Part shown: positions 27,854 to 36,805 of the stretch, piece after piece
How the letters are laid out: each line of letters opens with the position of its first letter
Position numbering within the stretch: the stretch's first letter is position 1
DNA from: a bacterium
GTDB taxonomy: Bacteria; Electryoneota; Electryoneia; Electryoneales; Electryoneaceae
Assembly: GCA_963675295.2 (NCBI GenBank)
Contig: CAXXKJ010000002.1
Span: 736,001-800,000, forward strand
Reading direction: 5' to 3'
DNA: 64,000 nt
Made by a program: the position numbers and the translations under genes
Notes under the pieces: model-generated
Database searches by the model: none
Seen by the model: the letters and a program-made list of their open reading frames with translations, nothing else
What the model was told of the DNA's origin: nothing

Positions 27854-28797
27854 CAGCGCACCTTCACCACGCGCAGCGGCGTTGTTTCGTTGGGACCAAT
27901 CGGTTGCAGCAGGTACTGGCCGGACGGGAATCCGGCCGCGTCCCACACGGCCCGGCCCCGGTGTACGGTCAGCCGGTCAACGGTTCGGCCGAGCATGTCG
28001 ATCACCAGAAGTTCGGTGCTGCGTGACGGGACTCGCAACGAGACGCTGGCATTGAACGGATTCGGCCACGCCTGCAGTTCAACCTTCTTCGGCAGGGAAA
28101 CAAGCGGGGCCGGAGCGTGAGTTTCCAGTTCGCCATGGATGACCGCGACGGCGTCCAGGTCGAACGACGGGCCGTTGTCCGGTACGAGATCGTTGGTGTC
28201 GATTAGCCGGAGATAGATGGCGTGCTCAAGGCCAATGTCGGCGAGATCAAACGAGTCACCGCCGCTCTCGTCGGGGTCGGTTGGATCGGCGGAACCGTCG
28301 GTCGGGGACAATCCGGCGACGCCCGCGACCGGGTCGGAGGTCCACGGGAACTGGTGCCACGTAACCCCGTCCTCGCTGACCGCGACGAACGCGGTTTCAG
28401 TGAACACGGCGGGCCCGCCCGCGACGAGGAACGCATTTTCGAACACGGTGAAATCCGGGCCGGACCCGTTCACAATGCCTCCGTCCCGGAAAGCGAGTAT
28501 AATTTCGCCGCCACTACCGAGGGTCAGCAGTTCGTCTTCTGTGTTTGCCGGGGCGCTGGGGGACGCGTAGGGATCGGGCGGCCCGAGGATGTTGCCCGGG
28601 AAATCGTCCTGACCGAACCCGGCGCCGATGCCGTAGCTGACCGAGACGACTTCGTCCGGCCACGGATCTCCGGCGAAGGTGGATGTCACGATAAACAACG
28701 TCAGGACGAAGACCCGCGCGGCGTACCTGCCAGCAGTTGGTCCGCGTCTGCAAGTTTCTGACACGGGCACGTGTTGTATGGGCAGCATCGATCTCAT
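27853..28797 (-). CDS. Cell-surface protein resembling the BtuH-type B12-binding domain, with T9SS-like CTD
   Basis: LGPP, LTLGSGGEIILAF, NGSGPDFTVFENAF, VAVSEDG..W, GGDSFDL and FDLDAV motifs; WPNPFNAS..PSGQYL tail. TGATG coupling to the upstream gene. Confidence 0.72.
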   Translation of the reverse strand: MRSMLPIQHVPVSETCRRGPTAGRYAARVFVLTLFIVTSTFAGDPWPDEVVSVSYGIGAGFGQDDFPGNILGPPDPYASPSAPANTEDELLTLGSGGEIILAFRDGGIVNGSGPDFTVFENAFLVAGGPAVFTETAFVAVSEDGVTWHQFPWTSDPVAGVAGLSPTDGSADPTDPDESGGDSFDLADIGLEHAIYLRLIDTNDLVPDNGPSFDLDAVAVIHGELETHAPAPLVSLPKKVELQAWPNPFNASVSLRVPSRSTELLVIDMLGRTVDRLTVHRGRAVWDAAGFPSGQYLLQPIGPNETTPLRVVKVR

Positions 28798-30122
28798 CAG
28801 CGCACCAGCGTGATCGGTTGGCTGACGGTATGATTGTTCGCGCTGGCGACGACGAGGTAGCGGCCGGACGCGAGGTTGTGTCCATCGATCTGCAGCCGGT
28901 GGGTTCCGGCGGTCAGCGGTTGGTTGAGGATGGTTGCGGCCTGGCGTCCGAGGATGTCGTACAAGGTGACGTTCGGGTGTTGCGGGCGGTCGAGCGTCAG
29001 CGTGATCGAGGTGGCCGCGTTGAATGGGTTCGGCCACGCGTGGCTCAAGGTGAATGTGGCCGGGGCTGGAGAGTGTGTTTCGGCGACACCGACCAGCTGC
29101 ATTTCGTAGTAGGCCAGGGAGGCGACCGGAGCATCAAATGAGTACAGCAGCTCGTACCCGCCCCAATCATACCCGAGGCAGTAAAGCGTGTTGGAAATCG
29201 CGGAACCGATGAACACACCGACTTCGCTCCCGGCCAACGACCAGCCTCCAGAACGGTAGGTCGGCGTCGATTCGTCCAGCGTCATCTCATCCGGATAATA
29301 GCCATAGAGGTACGGCGGGTTGGCGGCGTATTCATCTCCGACGACGACCTTTTCGTTGCCGTCTCCATCGTTCATGATGGTCAGCGTACTCGGCGTGCCG
29401 CCGAGCTCGAGCGACGTGGTGTGGGGTTCGTTCCAGGTCGGGTCGATTTTCCAGGCTGACCCGGTGATGTTGCTGTAGTTACCGGTGCAGATGACGTGGA
29501 AATTGCCGGACGCGTCCACGGTGATCGATTGCGGGTTGGTTCCGACCGGGATCGCGTACGGCGAGTTCAGGTCGAGGTCCATGAACCAGGCGTTCTGGCC
29601 GCTTCCGAGGTTGGATTCGGCGACACAGACGATGGTTCCGCTGACCGCGATGCCCTGCGGCGATGCGATGCCGTTGACGGAGGCGACCAGCTCGTAGTTA
29701 TTCGCACTATCGAGCTTGAGGACGCCGTTTCCCTGCTGCAGGCTGACGTAGATGTAGTCTTCATACCCGGCGAGGTCGTACGGGTTGGTGCCGTCCGGGA
29801 TGTCAACGACGGTCCAGTCGAATGGGGTATCGTAGTGAACGTTTGCGGTCAGGTCGAACAGGGATGCGACCCACAGGCCGCCTCCGGTTTGGGTTCCCCA
29901 GTCGTCGCCGTTGACGATATACAGGTTGTCTTGATGGATGCGAAGTGCGGATGCGGTCGGCGCGACCGGACCGAATTCATGGTACTCGCCGGTCAAGTCG
30001 AGATAGACGAGTTCCGGATTGGAGAATCCGATCAGGGCGAAGACGCCATGGGCGGTCTGCGCGGGGGAGATCCCCGGCAGGACAAGGAAGAACAGCAACA
30101 GCAGTATGGGCAGACGGCGCAT
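28797..30122 (-). CDS. YncE/BtuG-like beta-propeller protein with T9SS-like CTD
   Basis: Signal peptide without lipobox; GTNPYDL, SPQGIAV, IPVGTNPQSI and LGGTPS repeats; AWPNPFNAAT..LASGRYLV tail. Confidence 0.75.
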   Translation of the reverse strand: MRRLPILLLLFFLVLPGISPAQTAHGVFALIGFSNPELVYLDLTGEYHEFGPVAPTASALRIHQDNLYIVNGDDWGTQTGGGLWVASLFDLTANVHYDTPFDWTVVDIPDGTNPYDLAGYEDYIYVSLQQGNGVLKLDSANNYELVASVNGIASPQGIAVSGTIVCVAESNLGSGQNAWFMDLDLNSPYAIPVGTNPQSITVDASGNFHVICTGNYSNITGSAWKIDPTWNEPHTTSLELGGTPSTLTIMNDGDGNEKVVVGDEYAANPPYLYGYYPDEMTLDESTPTYRSGGWSLAGSEVGVFIGSAISNTLYCLGYDWGGYELLYSFDAPVASLAYYEMQLVGVAETHSPAPATFTLSHAWPNPFNAATSITLTLDRPQHPNVTLYDILGRQAATILNQPLTAGTHRLQIDGHNLASGRYLVVASANNHTVSQPITLVR

Positions 30123-30251
30123 GAAAAACCTCCCGTTTTCGTGGTGACATCCCCGAAAGCCGGGAGGAGAGAAGGAAGTGCGGGTTGCAGCGAAGGGTCC
30201 GCAGGTCCCACCTCCCGTTGCCCCGGGGAGGTCTGGGCCGTAACCGCGTGA

Positions 30252-30405
30252 GCCGGTCTCCGGACTTGCGCATCATCCTTCCACGACGCCTTCCCAGGTG
30301 GTTCACCCAGTGGCACAACTGCCGTGGTCGTCCGCGCTTACCGTGGCGGGGGCCGCTCCCGAATTACACGGGATTCCCGTTCACTCTTGCGGTAAGGTCT
30401 AGCGT
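30252..30405 (-). promoter_or_regulatory. Cobalamin riboswitch
   Basis: Minus strand reads AACGGGAATCCCGTGTAATTCGGGAGCGGCCCCCGCCACGGTAA...GCCACTGGG...CTGGGAAGGC...AAGTCCGGAGACCGGC (B12 box), upstream of a BtuB-like operon. Confidence 0.93.
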
Positions 30406-30725
30406 TGTCGAGAACAGACTGCGTATCTGAGGGGAAGATAGGGTGGGCGTTACGGCGGAACAAGCGAAACCCGGATTCCTCTGTTGTGTGAGTCGGGTTA
30501 GCCTCCCCTCACTGCGAAGTTCGCTGATACTCCGTGAAAATTTTATAACTCAAGATAAACAAAGGAGTTTGACTCCCGTCAAAAACGATGTGCCTTTGCG
30601 GGGTTTTCTTATGCGGATCGGTGGGCTTAGCTTTTCGAATGGCTAAAAGTGCCGCCTTGACTGGGTCAATGGGGAGAAGGCGGCGTTGCTCATTTATACT
30701 CAGATGGAAAACGAGGAGGTTGTCC

Positions 30726-32009
30726 ATGAGATTTGCATTGGCGTTTGTAAGCATTTTGCTGCTCGCCAGCTTCGCATTGGCCGAATTGCCATTGCTCAGC
30801 GACGTGGTGACTTTGGACATGAACCTGCGTCCGCGGTACGAAGTTGACGGTCGCGACTTCAACAGCGACACCGGCATGTCGGACTACGGCACGATGCGGA
30901 CGATGGTCGGGATCAACGTGATGCCGAACGAAGACCTGTGGATCCGAGTCAAATTCAAGGAGTCGCGTTTGCTGGGTACGCAACGTTCGAACAACCTGCC
31001 GACGGCCAGTTTTCAGGCTCAGGAAGCGTACTTCAAGCTGAAGAACGTGTTTGACATGCCGATGATGGTGAAAGCGGGCCGGTTTGAATACAAACTCGGC
31101 CGTAATCGTATCTTCGGTCCAGGTGGGTGGAACATCTATGGACCGCGTACCTACGACGGCATGAAGCTACACTTCGACACCAACTACGGCGCGTGGTCAC
31201 TGTTGCTGGCGAAGGTCATGGACTATAACCCCAGCCATGTGGCGATCATCAATAGTGTGTACGATACAAATCCGCCTATCACGACGACGACGTCGGCAAA
31301 AACGGATCACAACCTGATCGTGCTCAGCGGTAAGCTGCTGGATGATCACTTCCAGCCGTTGTTCAGCGCGGACATGGAAAACAATGTGCCGGCGACGCAG
31401 GAAGACGCAGACATACTGTATACTGCCGGATTCTATTACAAGCGAATGCTGGGCGACAACTTCAAGTTCATGATGGACGGCGCGTACCAGTTCGGCACGA
31501 AGTCGGACCGTGACGTTGCGTCGTATCTCGTGGCGGCGGATGTGTATTACATGCTCGGCGGTGAAAAGAACTGGTATATCGGCGCGGGTGCGGACATGAC
31601 CTCGGGCAACAAATGGGATGAGGACGCTCCGGCAGATGACGACAACGTGTTCTATGCTCCGTTCATGTCGCGTCATGTCTACCGTGGCTACATGGACTAT
31701 TTCGGTGATGTGCGGCAGGGTTTGATTGACGCGATCTTCCACTTCGGTTTCAAGCCGGAAGATGGGATCGCGTTGATGCTTGACGTGCACAGCTTCATGT
31801 TCGCGAACGATGCGGCGTATGTGAACAACAACGGCCAGGTGGTGGAATACACGCAGCTCGGCCAGGAAATCGACCTGCGCTCGATCATTCCAGTGAACGA
31901 GAACGTGAACCTGGATTGTGGCGCGAGCGCGTTCATGCCGACGGATGACTGGAAGATGGACGGCGACATGGCGCTGTGGTTCTACCTCGCGGCGGTGGTC
32001 AGCTTCTGA
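30726..32009 (+). CDS. Alginate-export (AlgE-like) family outer-membrane protein
   Basis: Signal peptide; LRPRYE, QEAYFKL, KAGRF..LG..RIFG..GWN..RTYDG, GAYQFG, LGQEIDL motifs; C-terminal F. GAGGAGG SD. Confidence 0.75.
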   Translation: MRFALAFVSILLLASFALAELPLLSDVVTLDMNLRPRYEVDGRDFNSDTGMSDYGTMRTMVGINVMPNEDLWIRVKFKESRLLGTQRSNNLPTASFQAQEAYFKLKNVFDMPMMVKAGRFEYKLGRNRIFGPGGWNIYGPRTYDGMKLHFDTNYGAWSLLLAKVMDYNPSHVAIINSVYDTNPPITTTTSAKTDHNLIVLSGKLLDDHFQPLFSADMENNVPATQEDADILYTAGFYYKRMLGDNFKFMMDGAYQFGTKSDRDVASYLVAADVYYMLGGEKNWYIGAGADMTSGNKWDEDAPADDDNVFYAPFMSRHVYRGYMDYFGDVRQGLIDAIFHFGFKPEDGIALMLDVHSFMFANDAAYVNNNGQVVEYTQLGQEIDLRSIIPVNENVNLDCGASAFMPTDDWKMDGDMALWFYLAAVVSF

Positions 32010-32038
32010 TCCGGACCGCAGACATTCGGCACGAATAC

Positions 32039-32069
32039 AACCCGCGTCACGTTGCTGGCGCGGGTTTTT
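32039..32069 (+). terminator. Intrinsic terminator
   Basis: AACCCGCGTCA...TGGCGCGGGTT followed by TTT. Confidence 0.8.
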
Positions 32070-32295
32070 CATGCTCAATTGAAGGGGAACTCCGGTGATG
32101 GAATGGAAGTTTGTCAGGTTGGCAGCGTGTATTTCCTCGGCGAGCACCAGGATGTGCGTACGGTACTTCTAATGCCGTGATCGGCTTTCGAATCGTTGTA
32201 TCTTATCTCCGGAAGGGTCGTTTGCGGCTTCTGTGTATTGTGCTTTCAGCCTGTTAACGTTGCGTGTTTCATTGCGTGAATCAACCGGAGGTTGT

Positions 32296-34023
32296 GTGGG
32301 ACGGTTCGGGTGCATTGCGGCGGTGGTCTCCGTCCTCGTGTTCGGTCTGTGGTGTGCGGCGGCGGCGTGGGAGCCGGTGGACAGCCTTTCGGTCGAGCGC
32401 TTGTGGTTCTACGAGGGCGAAGATTCGCTGGCGCTGGCGTACGGAGCATCGCACGACCTGACCGAGCAACACCCGGAAATCACTCGCGTCATCATCAACA
32501 TTCACGGAATCTCCCGCGAGGCGGAAATTGCCCGCGCGAATGTCAACTACGCTGCCAACCAGCATGATCGTGAGATGTGGGATCATCTCGCGACAGTGTA
32601 CCCGCAATTCCTGTTTACCCATGACCTCGAAGCGTACGACGTAACCGATTCCCTGCTGTACTGGCATAACATCGGCGATACCGGCCCGACCTGGTGTTAC
32701 GGGCACCCGTCAGACAGCACATCGGACCACCCGCGTCCGTTTACTCGGAGCAGCTTTGCCTGCCTTGATTCGCTGGCGGTGCTGGTGCTGAACGCGTTCC
32801 CGAACCTCGAGAATTTCGTCTTCGCCGGGCATTCGGCAGGCGCGCGAATGATGCAACGGTATGCGATAGCGACCCGTTGGGACGAAGATTTCACCACCCC
32901 GCGTGTCCTGTACAACTATGCGAATCCGGGGGTGTACGCGTACATCGGTCCAGAACGGCATGTCGGCGACAATTGGAACCAGTTCGCGGTTCCGGACCCC
33001 GGAGCGATTGCGGACTGCCCGGAATATGATGACTGGCCGTTCGGCTTGCAGAACCTGCTGCCGTATTTCGACGGCCTCACGATCCCGGACATTCTCGATC
33101 AGTATCGGTCGCGTCACGTGATCCAGTGGATCAGCGAGCTGGACACGGCGGAGATGTCCAGCGGGTCGCAGACCAGCTGCATGGCGATGATGTCCGGCGA
33201 ACTGCACCGCAAGCAACGCGGACTGATCTTTTACAACCACGTGCAGTACACCTTTGGTAGTGAGCCGGAAAGGTTCGTCCAGGCGATCGTGGAGAACATC
33301 GGGCATGTAGGCAACGCGGTTTACAGGTCGCCAATCGGACGTTACTACCTGTTCGACTACTATGATCCGATCTCGCCGGGCGAAGACATCGAATTGGTTG
33401 GTGAGTTGACGGTGCCGAACCCGGTGACGGTTGACGGCGTCCTCGGCTTCGATATCACGGTTGCGAACGCTGGCGAAGAAACCCGCACCGGCGATGTCTG
33501 GACGGAACTGGTCTCCAGCTCATCCGGTGGCGAAACCCGGGTGGTTGGCTGGCGTGATCCGATGGTCTACACCCCGTCGATGGACTCTACGCGCAACGGC
33601 CTTGAATTCCTCGTGCCGGAAGGGTTTCCGCTAGGCCCAGCGACGTTGGTGTTCAACGTTGGCGCCTACCCCGATGCGGTGGTGGCGTGGGATGAGGCCG
33701 CAGTGACGGTTACCAGCACCACCGATGTGGCGGAAGAACCGTCCCGTCAACTGCCGGTCTCGCCACGACTTGTCAGCATTGCGCCGAATCCGTTCAACGC
33801 CTCGACCCGGGTGACGCTGTCGGTGCCACGCGCGACGGCGTTGCGGCTGCGGCTGTATGACGTGCTCGGGCGGGAAGTGCTGACGGTGCACGACGGCGCT
33901 GTGGCGGCAGGGACTCGGGTGTGGACAGTCACCGCCGACCGGCTGGCCGGGGGTGTGTATTTCCTGCGGGCGTCCGCGCCGGGCGGATATGACGAAGTCC
34001 GGAAACTGCTGCTGGTGCCGTAG
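32296..34023 (+). CDS. Secreted alpha/beta hydrolase with Ig-like domain and T9SS-like CTD
   Basis: INIHG, GHSAG nucleophile elbow, ANP..Y, IGH; APNPFNAST..LAGGVYFL tail. GTG 32296 behind GGAGG. Confidence 0.8.
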   Translation: MGRFGCIAAVVSVLVFGLWCAAAAWEPVDSLSVERLWFYEGEDSLALAYGASHDLTEQHPEITRVIINIHGISREAEIARANVNYAANQHDREMWDHLATVYPQFLFTHDLEAYDVTDSLLYWHNIGDTGPTWCYGHPSDSTSDHPRPFTRSSFACLDSLAVLVLNAFPNLENFVFAGHSAGARMMQRYAIATRWDEDFTTPRVLYNYANPGVYAYIGPERHVGDNWNQFAVPDPGAIADCPEYDDWPFGLQNLLPYFDGLTIPDILDQYRSRHVIQWISELDTAEMSSGSQTSCMAMMSGELHRKQRGLIFYNHVQYTFGSEPERFVQAIVENIGHVGNAVYRSPIGRYYLFDYYDPISPGEDIELVGELTVPNPVTVDGVLGFDITVANAGEETRTGDVWTELVSSSSGGETRVVGWRDPMVYTPSMDSTRNGLEFLVPEGFPLGPATLVFNVGAYPDAVVAWDEAAVTVTSTTDVAEEPSRQLPVSPRLVSIAPNPFNASTRVTLSVPRATALRLRLYDVLGREVLTVHDGAVAAGTRVWTVTADRLAGGVYFLRASAPGGYDEVRKLLLVP

Positions 34024-34186
34024 TTCAGTCTCTCGTCGTTGGTCCTTCGTCTCTCGCTGAGGGGCTGCGGAATACGGGCAACGGTCGGCGGCAGAACACA
34101 CCTTCCACAGTCGTGAACTACGTAACGCAAAACAAAAGACAGCAACTGACGTAAAGCCGGAAAAGCCACCGACCACCGATCACTCG

Positions 34187-34810
34187 TCACTTCACCTTTT
34201 CCACCGGAGTGCGGAGAATGGTTTTCAGTTTTTCCGGGGCGACACGTCTCGGATCGCCGAAGTAGATCTCGTGGTGGCCGTGCACGTGCTTGTAGCCTTG
34301 CTCAACGGCGTACGCGTGCATGCGCTCAAGCGTTGGGGTTTCTTCCGCATACGGTCCGATGTGCATCGCCTGCACGACTGTCCCCTCGGAAATCACTTCG
34401 AGGCGAACCTTTTCGAACGGTCCCTCCTTTTTCTTCTTCGCCAGCTGTTGCCGTGCGGCGTCGAGGTCCTCGTCGCTGATGAACTCCGGCACCCGAACCA
34501 GCAATTTGTACTGCCAGGTCATCTCGGACGGTTTTTCGATCGGCTGGTCGAAGCCGCCAACCGGATACCACATCCCCTCCAACTTCGCGACAACGTAGTC
34601 CCGGCCCTGTTCTTTGGCCATGAACTTGAGCGTGTACGCCATGCCATACAACGCGCCCATGATCTCAGCGAAGAGATCGTCCCCCGGTTTCCCCTCGCCA
34701 TCCACCGCGAGATACGGAATCGGCGGCAGGGTGAGGATACGGGGCTGCTGCGTCGCCTTGTACTGATCTTTGTGTTGCTTGTAGAGGTCGAGTTTGTCGG
34801 TGCTGGCCAT
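34187..34810 (-). CDS. GyrI-like small-molecule-binding domain protein
   Basis: KLDLYK..K..Y, YLAVDG.G.P, LEGMW, QAMHIGPY..E and HHEIYFGDPRR..PEKLKTILR.P motifs. Confidence 0.9.
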   Translation of the reverse strand: MASTDKLDLYKQHKDQYKATQQPRILTLPPIPYLAVDGEGKPGDDLFAEIMGALYGMAYTLKFMAKEQGRDYVVAKLEGMWYPVGGFDQPIEKPSEMTWQYKLLVRVPEFISDEDLDAARQQLAKKKKEGPFEKVRLEVISEGTVVQAMHIGPYAEETPTLERMHAYAVEQGYKHVHGHHEIYFGDPRRVAPEKLKTILRTPVEKVK

Positions 34811-35012
34811 GGCGGGGCTCCATGATCGCGGATACGGGCTACCAATTGATCACTTCAAGGTACGGCTGCGTTCGTCCGTGGACTTGTCCGATCTTGCTGT
34901 GGGCGCGGACGAGTCATGTAGATGCACCGCGGTGCTTGTCGCAGGTGGGCACGATGACGTATGCTGATCATCAACAAGAAGCAAGACCACGGACATTCGG
35001 GGAAATCAGGCC

Positions 35013-35648
35013 ATGCGTGTGACAATGACGATGTTGCTGCTATTGTCGGGGCTCGCGGGGTTGACGGCAGCGTCGGGGCAGGAACCGGCCGCTGAGCTGA
35101 CTGTTCTCGCAGACTGGATGACCGGCTCATTCAGCAGCGCGCAGCAGGCGGCGGCGGATACGTCTTATTTCGATATCCGGCTCGAGATGATCCGGATTCC
35201 CAGAAAGGATGGCCGAATCTGGCTGTACGTCGAACAGGCAGCCGCGGGCAAATTGGGTACGAAGCCGTATCGTCAGCGAGTATATCGATTGGAAGCGGTG
35301 GGCGACGGGTCATTTCTGAGTCATGTCTACACCATCCCCGGCGATCCGTTGCGTTTCGCAGGCGCGTACGGCGATCCTGAGTTGCTGGCGTCAATTCCGC
35401 TCGACAGCCTGACGCTGCTCGAGGGTTGCTCGATCGAACTGATGAGCACGACGGATGGCACATTCAGCGGCGGCACCGATGGCCGCAGCTGCGGGAACTC
35501 GTGGGGCGAGGCGACGTACGCAACCAGCGAGGTGACGGTTACCCCTGATGCCCTGCGCTCGTGGGATCGCGGCTACAACGATGCCGGCGAACAGGTCTGG
35601 GGTGCGGAGAAGGGCGGCTACGTGTTCGAGAAAATCGCGAACCGGTGA
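35013..35648 (+). CDS. CpcT/CpeT chromophore-lyase-family protein with signal peptide
   Basis: WMTGSFSS..QA, WLYVEQA, PYRQRVYRL, YATSEV and SWDRGY...GEQVWG..GGY.F motifs. Confidence 0.88.
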   Translation: MRVTMTMLLLLSGLAGLTAASGQEPAAELTVLADWMTGSFSSAQQAAADTSYFDIRLEMIRIPRKDGRIWLYVEQAAAGKLGTKPYRQRVYRLEAVGDGSFLSHVYTIPGDPLRFAGAYGDPELLASIPLDSLTLLEGCSIELMSTTDGTFSGGTDGRSCGNSWGEATYATSEVTVTPDALRSWDRGYNDAGEQVWGAEKGGYVFEKIANR

Positions 35649-35711
35649 GGAGTCCAGAAACCGGTTAGCCCGGATATGAATGTCCGGGGCAGGGTATCGG
35701 CTGAGGCCGGT

Positions 35712-36218
35712 TTATCGTGCTGCCGGCACAAGGTTGACGACCGGATACTCTTCCTGCAGCAGCAGCTGCTGGAAGGCGTCCCGGGTGGACGGGGCGAGGG
35801 TGTAGGTTTTCTCCGGCGCGGCGATGGAGTCTTCTCCCTCGACCAACCGTTCGAGCAGCGTGAAGCGGTAGAGGTCGCCAGCACTGAAGCGGTACATCAT
35901 CCCGGCGTTGTCGTTGCGTTGCGGCAGCCGTGGCAGGCTCATCGTGTACCATCCTTCCGGCAGATAAACGCGGTTGATGGATTTGGCGCGCAGGACGATG
36001 CTGAGGCTGTCGTTGAACACGACTTCCATCTGGCCGAGGTTGAGGTTGTCGAGGGTGACGGCGAAGAACAGCGCGGCGTGTTCCGGCGGGAGGTCGTTGA
36101 TTTCCATCGCAGCTTTGTCTGGCTGGACGGTGACACACGCGTTCAACGTTAACAGCGCAACCAGAATCAGCGAAACAGCGAGCAGCAGGCTGTGACGTAC
36201 GTTCAAATGCAGCCGCAT
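35712..36218 (-). CDS. Hypothetical lipoprotein
   Basis: Hydrophobic stretch ending LNAC; co-oriented with apaG. No family recognised. Confidence 0.6.
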   Translation of the reverse strand: MRLHLNVRHSLLLAVSLILVALLTLNACVTVQPDKAAMEINDLPPEHAALFFAVTLDNLNLGQMEVVFNDSLSIVLRAKSINRVYLPEGWYTMSLPRLPQRNDNAGMMYRFSAGDLYRFTLLERLVEGEDSIAAPEKTYTLAPSTRDAFQQLLLQEEYPVVNLVPAAR

Positions 36219-36284
36219 GACGAATCCCCACACCGGTGAAATCGAGTTCTTGTCGTTGTTGGATAATACGGAAAACAAGGCGGG

Positions 36285-36680
36285 TCAGGAGACGGCGTTC
36301 ACCGCGAGGTAGAACCGTCCGATACCGATTTCGAACAGCTCGCCTTCATCATCCTGCATTTCGTACGACCCTTCCATGGTGCCGAAGTCCGTGTCCAGCG
36401 GGCAGTAGCTGGAATAGGAAAACTCTTCTCCCGGGGCGAGGGAGGGAGTAAAGCCGACCACGCCCGGCCCGTGCACTTCCTGCTTATCGCCGTCCCCGTT
36501 GATGATGATCCAGTGACGCCGCAGCAACTGCACCCGCCGTGCACTCTCATTCCGGATTGTGACGTGGTAGGAGAACACGTACCGCTGATCATCCGGATCG
36601 GAATGATCGGCTTCGTACTGGGGTTTGACGACGACACGGATGCCGTGGGTCACCTTTTCCGATTCTGTGCGTGTGGCCAT
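36285..36680 (-). CDS. apaG: ApaG protein
   Basis: YVFSYHVTIRN, VQLLRRHWII, V.GPGVVG.TP.L.PGE.F.YSSYCPL.T..GTMEGSY motifs. Confidence 0.95.
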   Translation of the reverse strand: MATRTESEKVTHGIRVVVKPQYEADHSDPDDQRYVFSYHVTIRNESARRVQLLRRHWIIINGDGDKQEVHGPGVVGFTPSLAPGEEFSYSSYCPLDTDFGTMEGSYEMQDDEGELFEIGIGRFYLAVNAVS

Positions 36681-36730
36681 GGACAGATCCCGTTGTGTTT
36701 TCACTAAGCTACGCAGGCGGTTCGCACAAC

Positions 36731-36765
36731 AAAAGGCCCGAGCCTGCGAAATGCGGGCTCGGGCT
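36731..36765 (-). terminator. Intrinsic terminator after the VIT/vWA gene
   Basis: Minus strand: AGCCCGAGCCCGC-ATTTC-GCAGGCTCGGGCC followed by TTTT. Confidence 0.8.
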
Positions 36766-36805
36766 GGATGGATCACGTCGCATAAACAGCTTGATAGGAT
36801 CGTAC

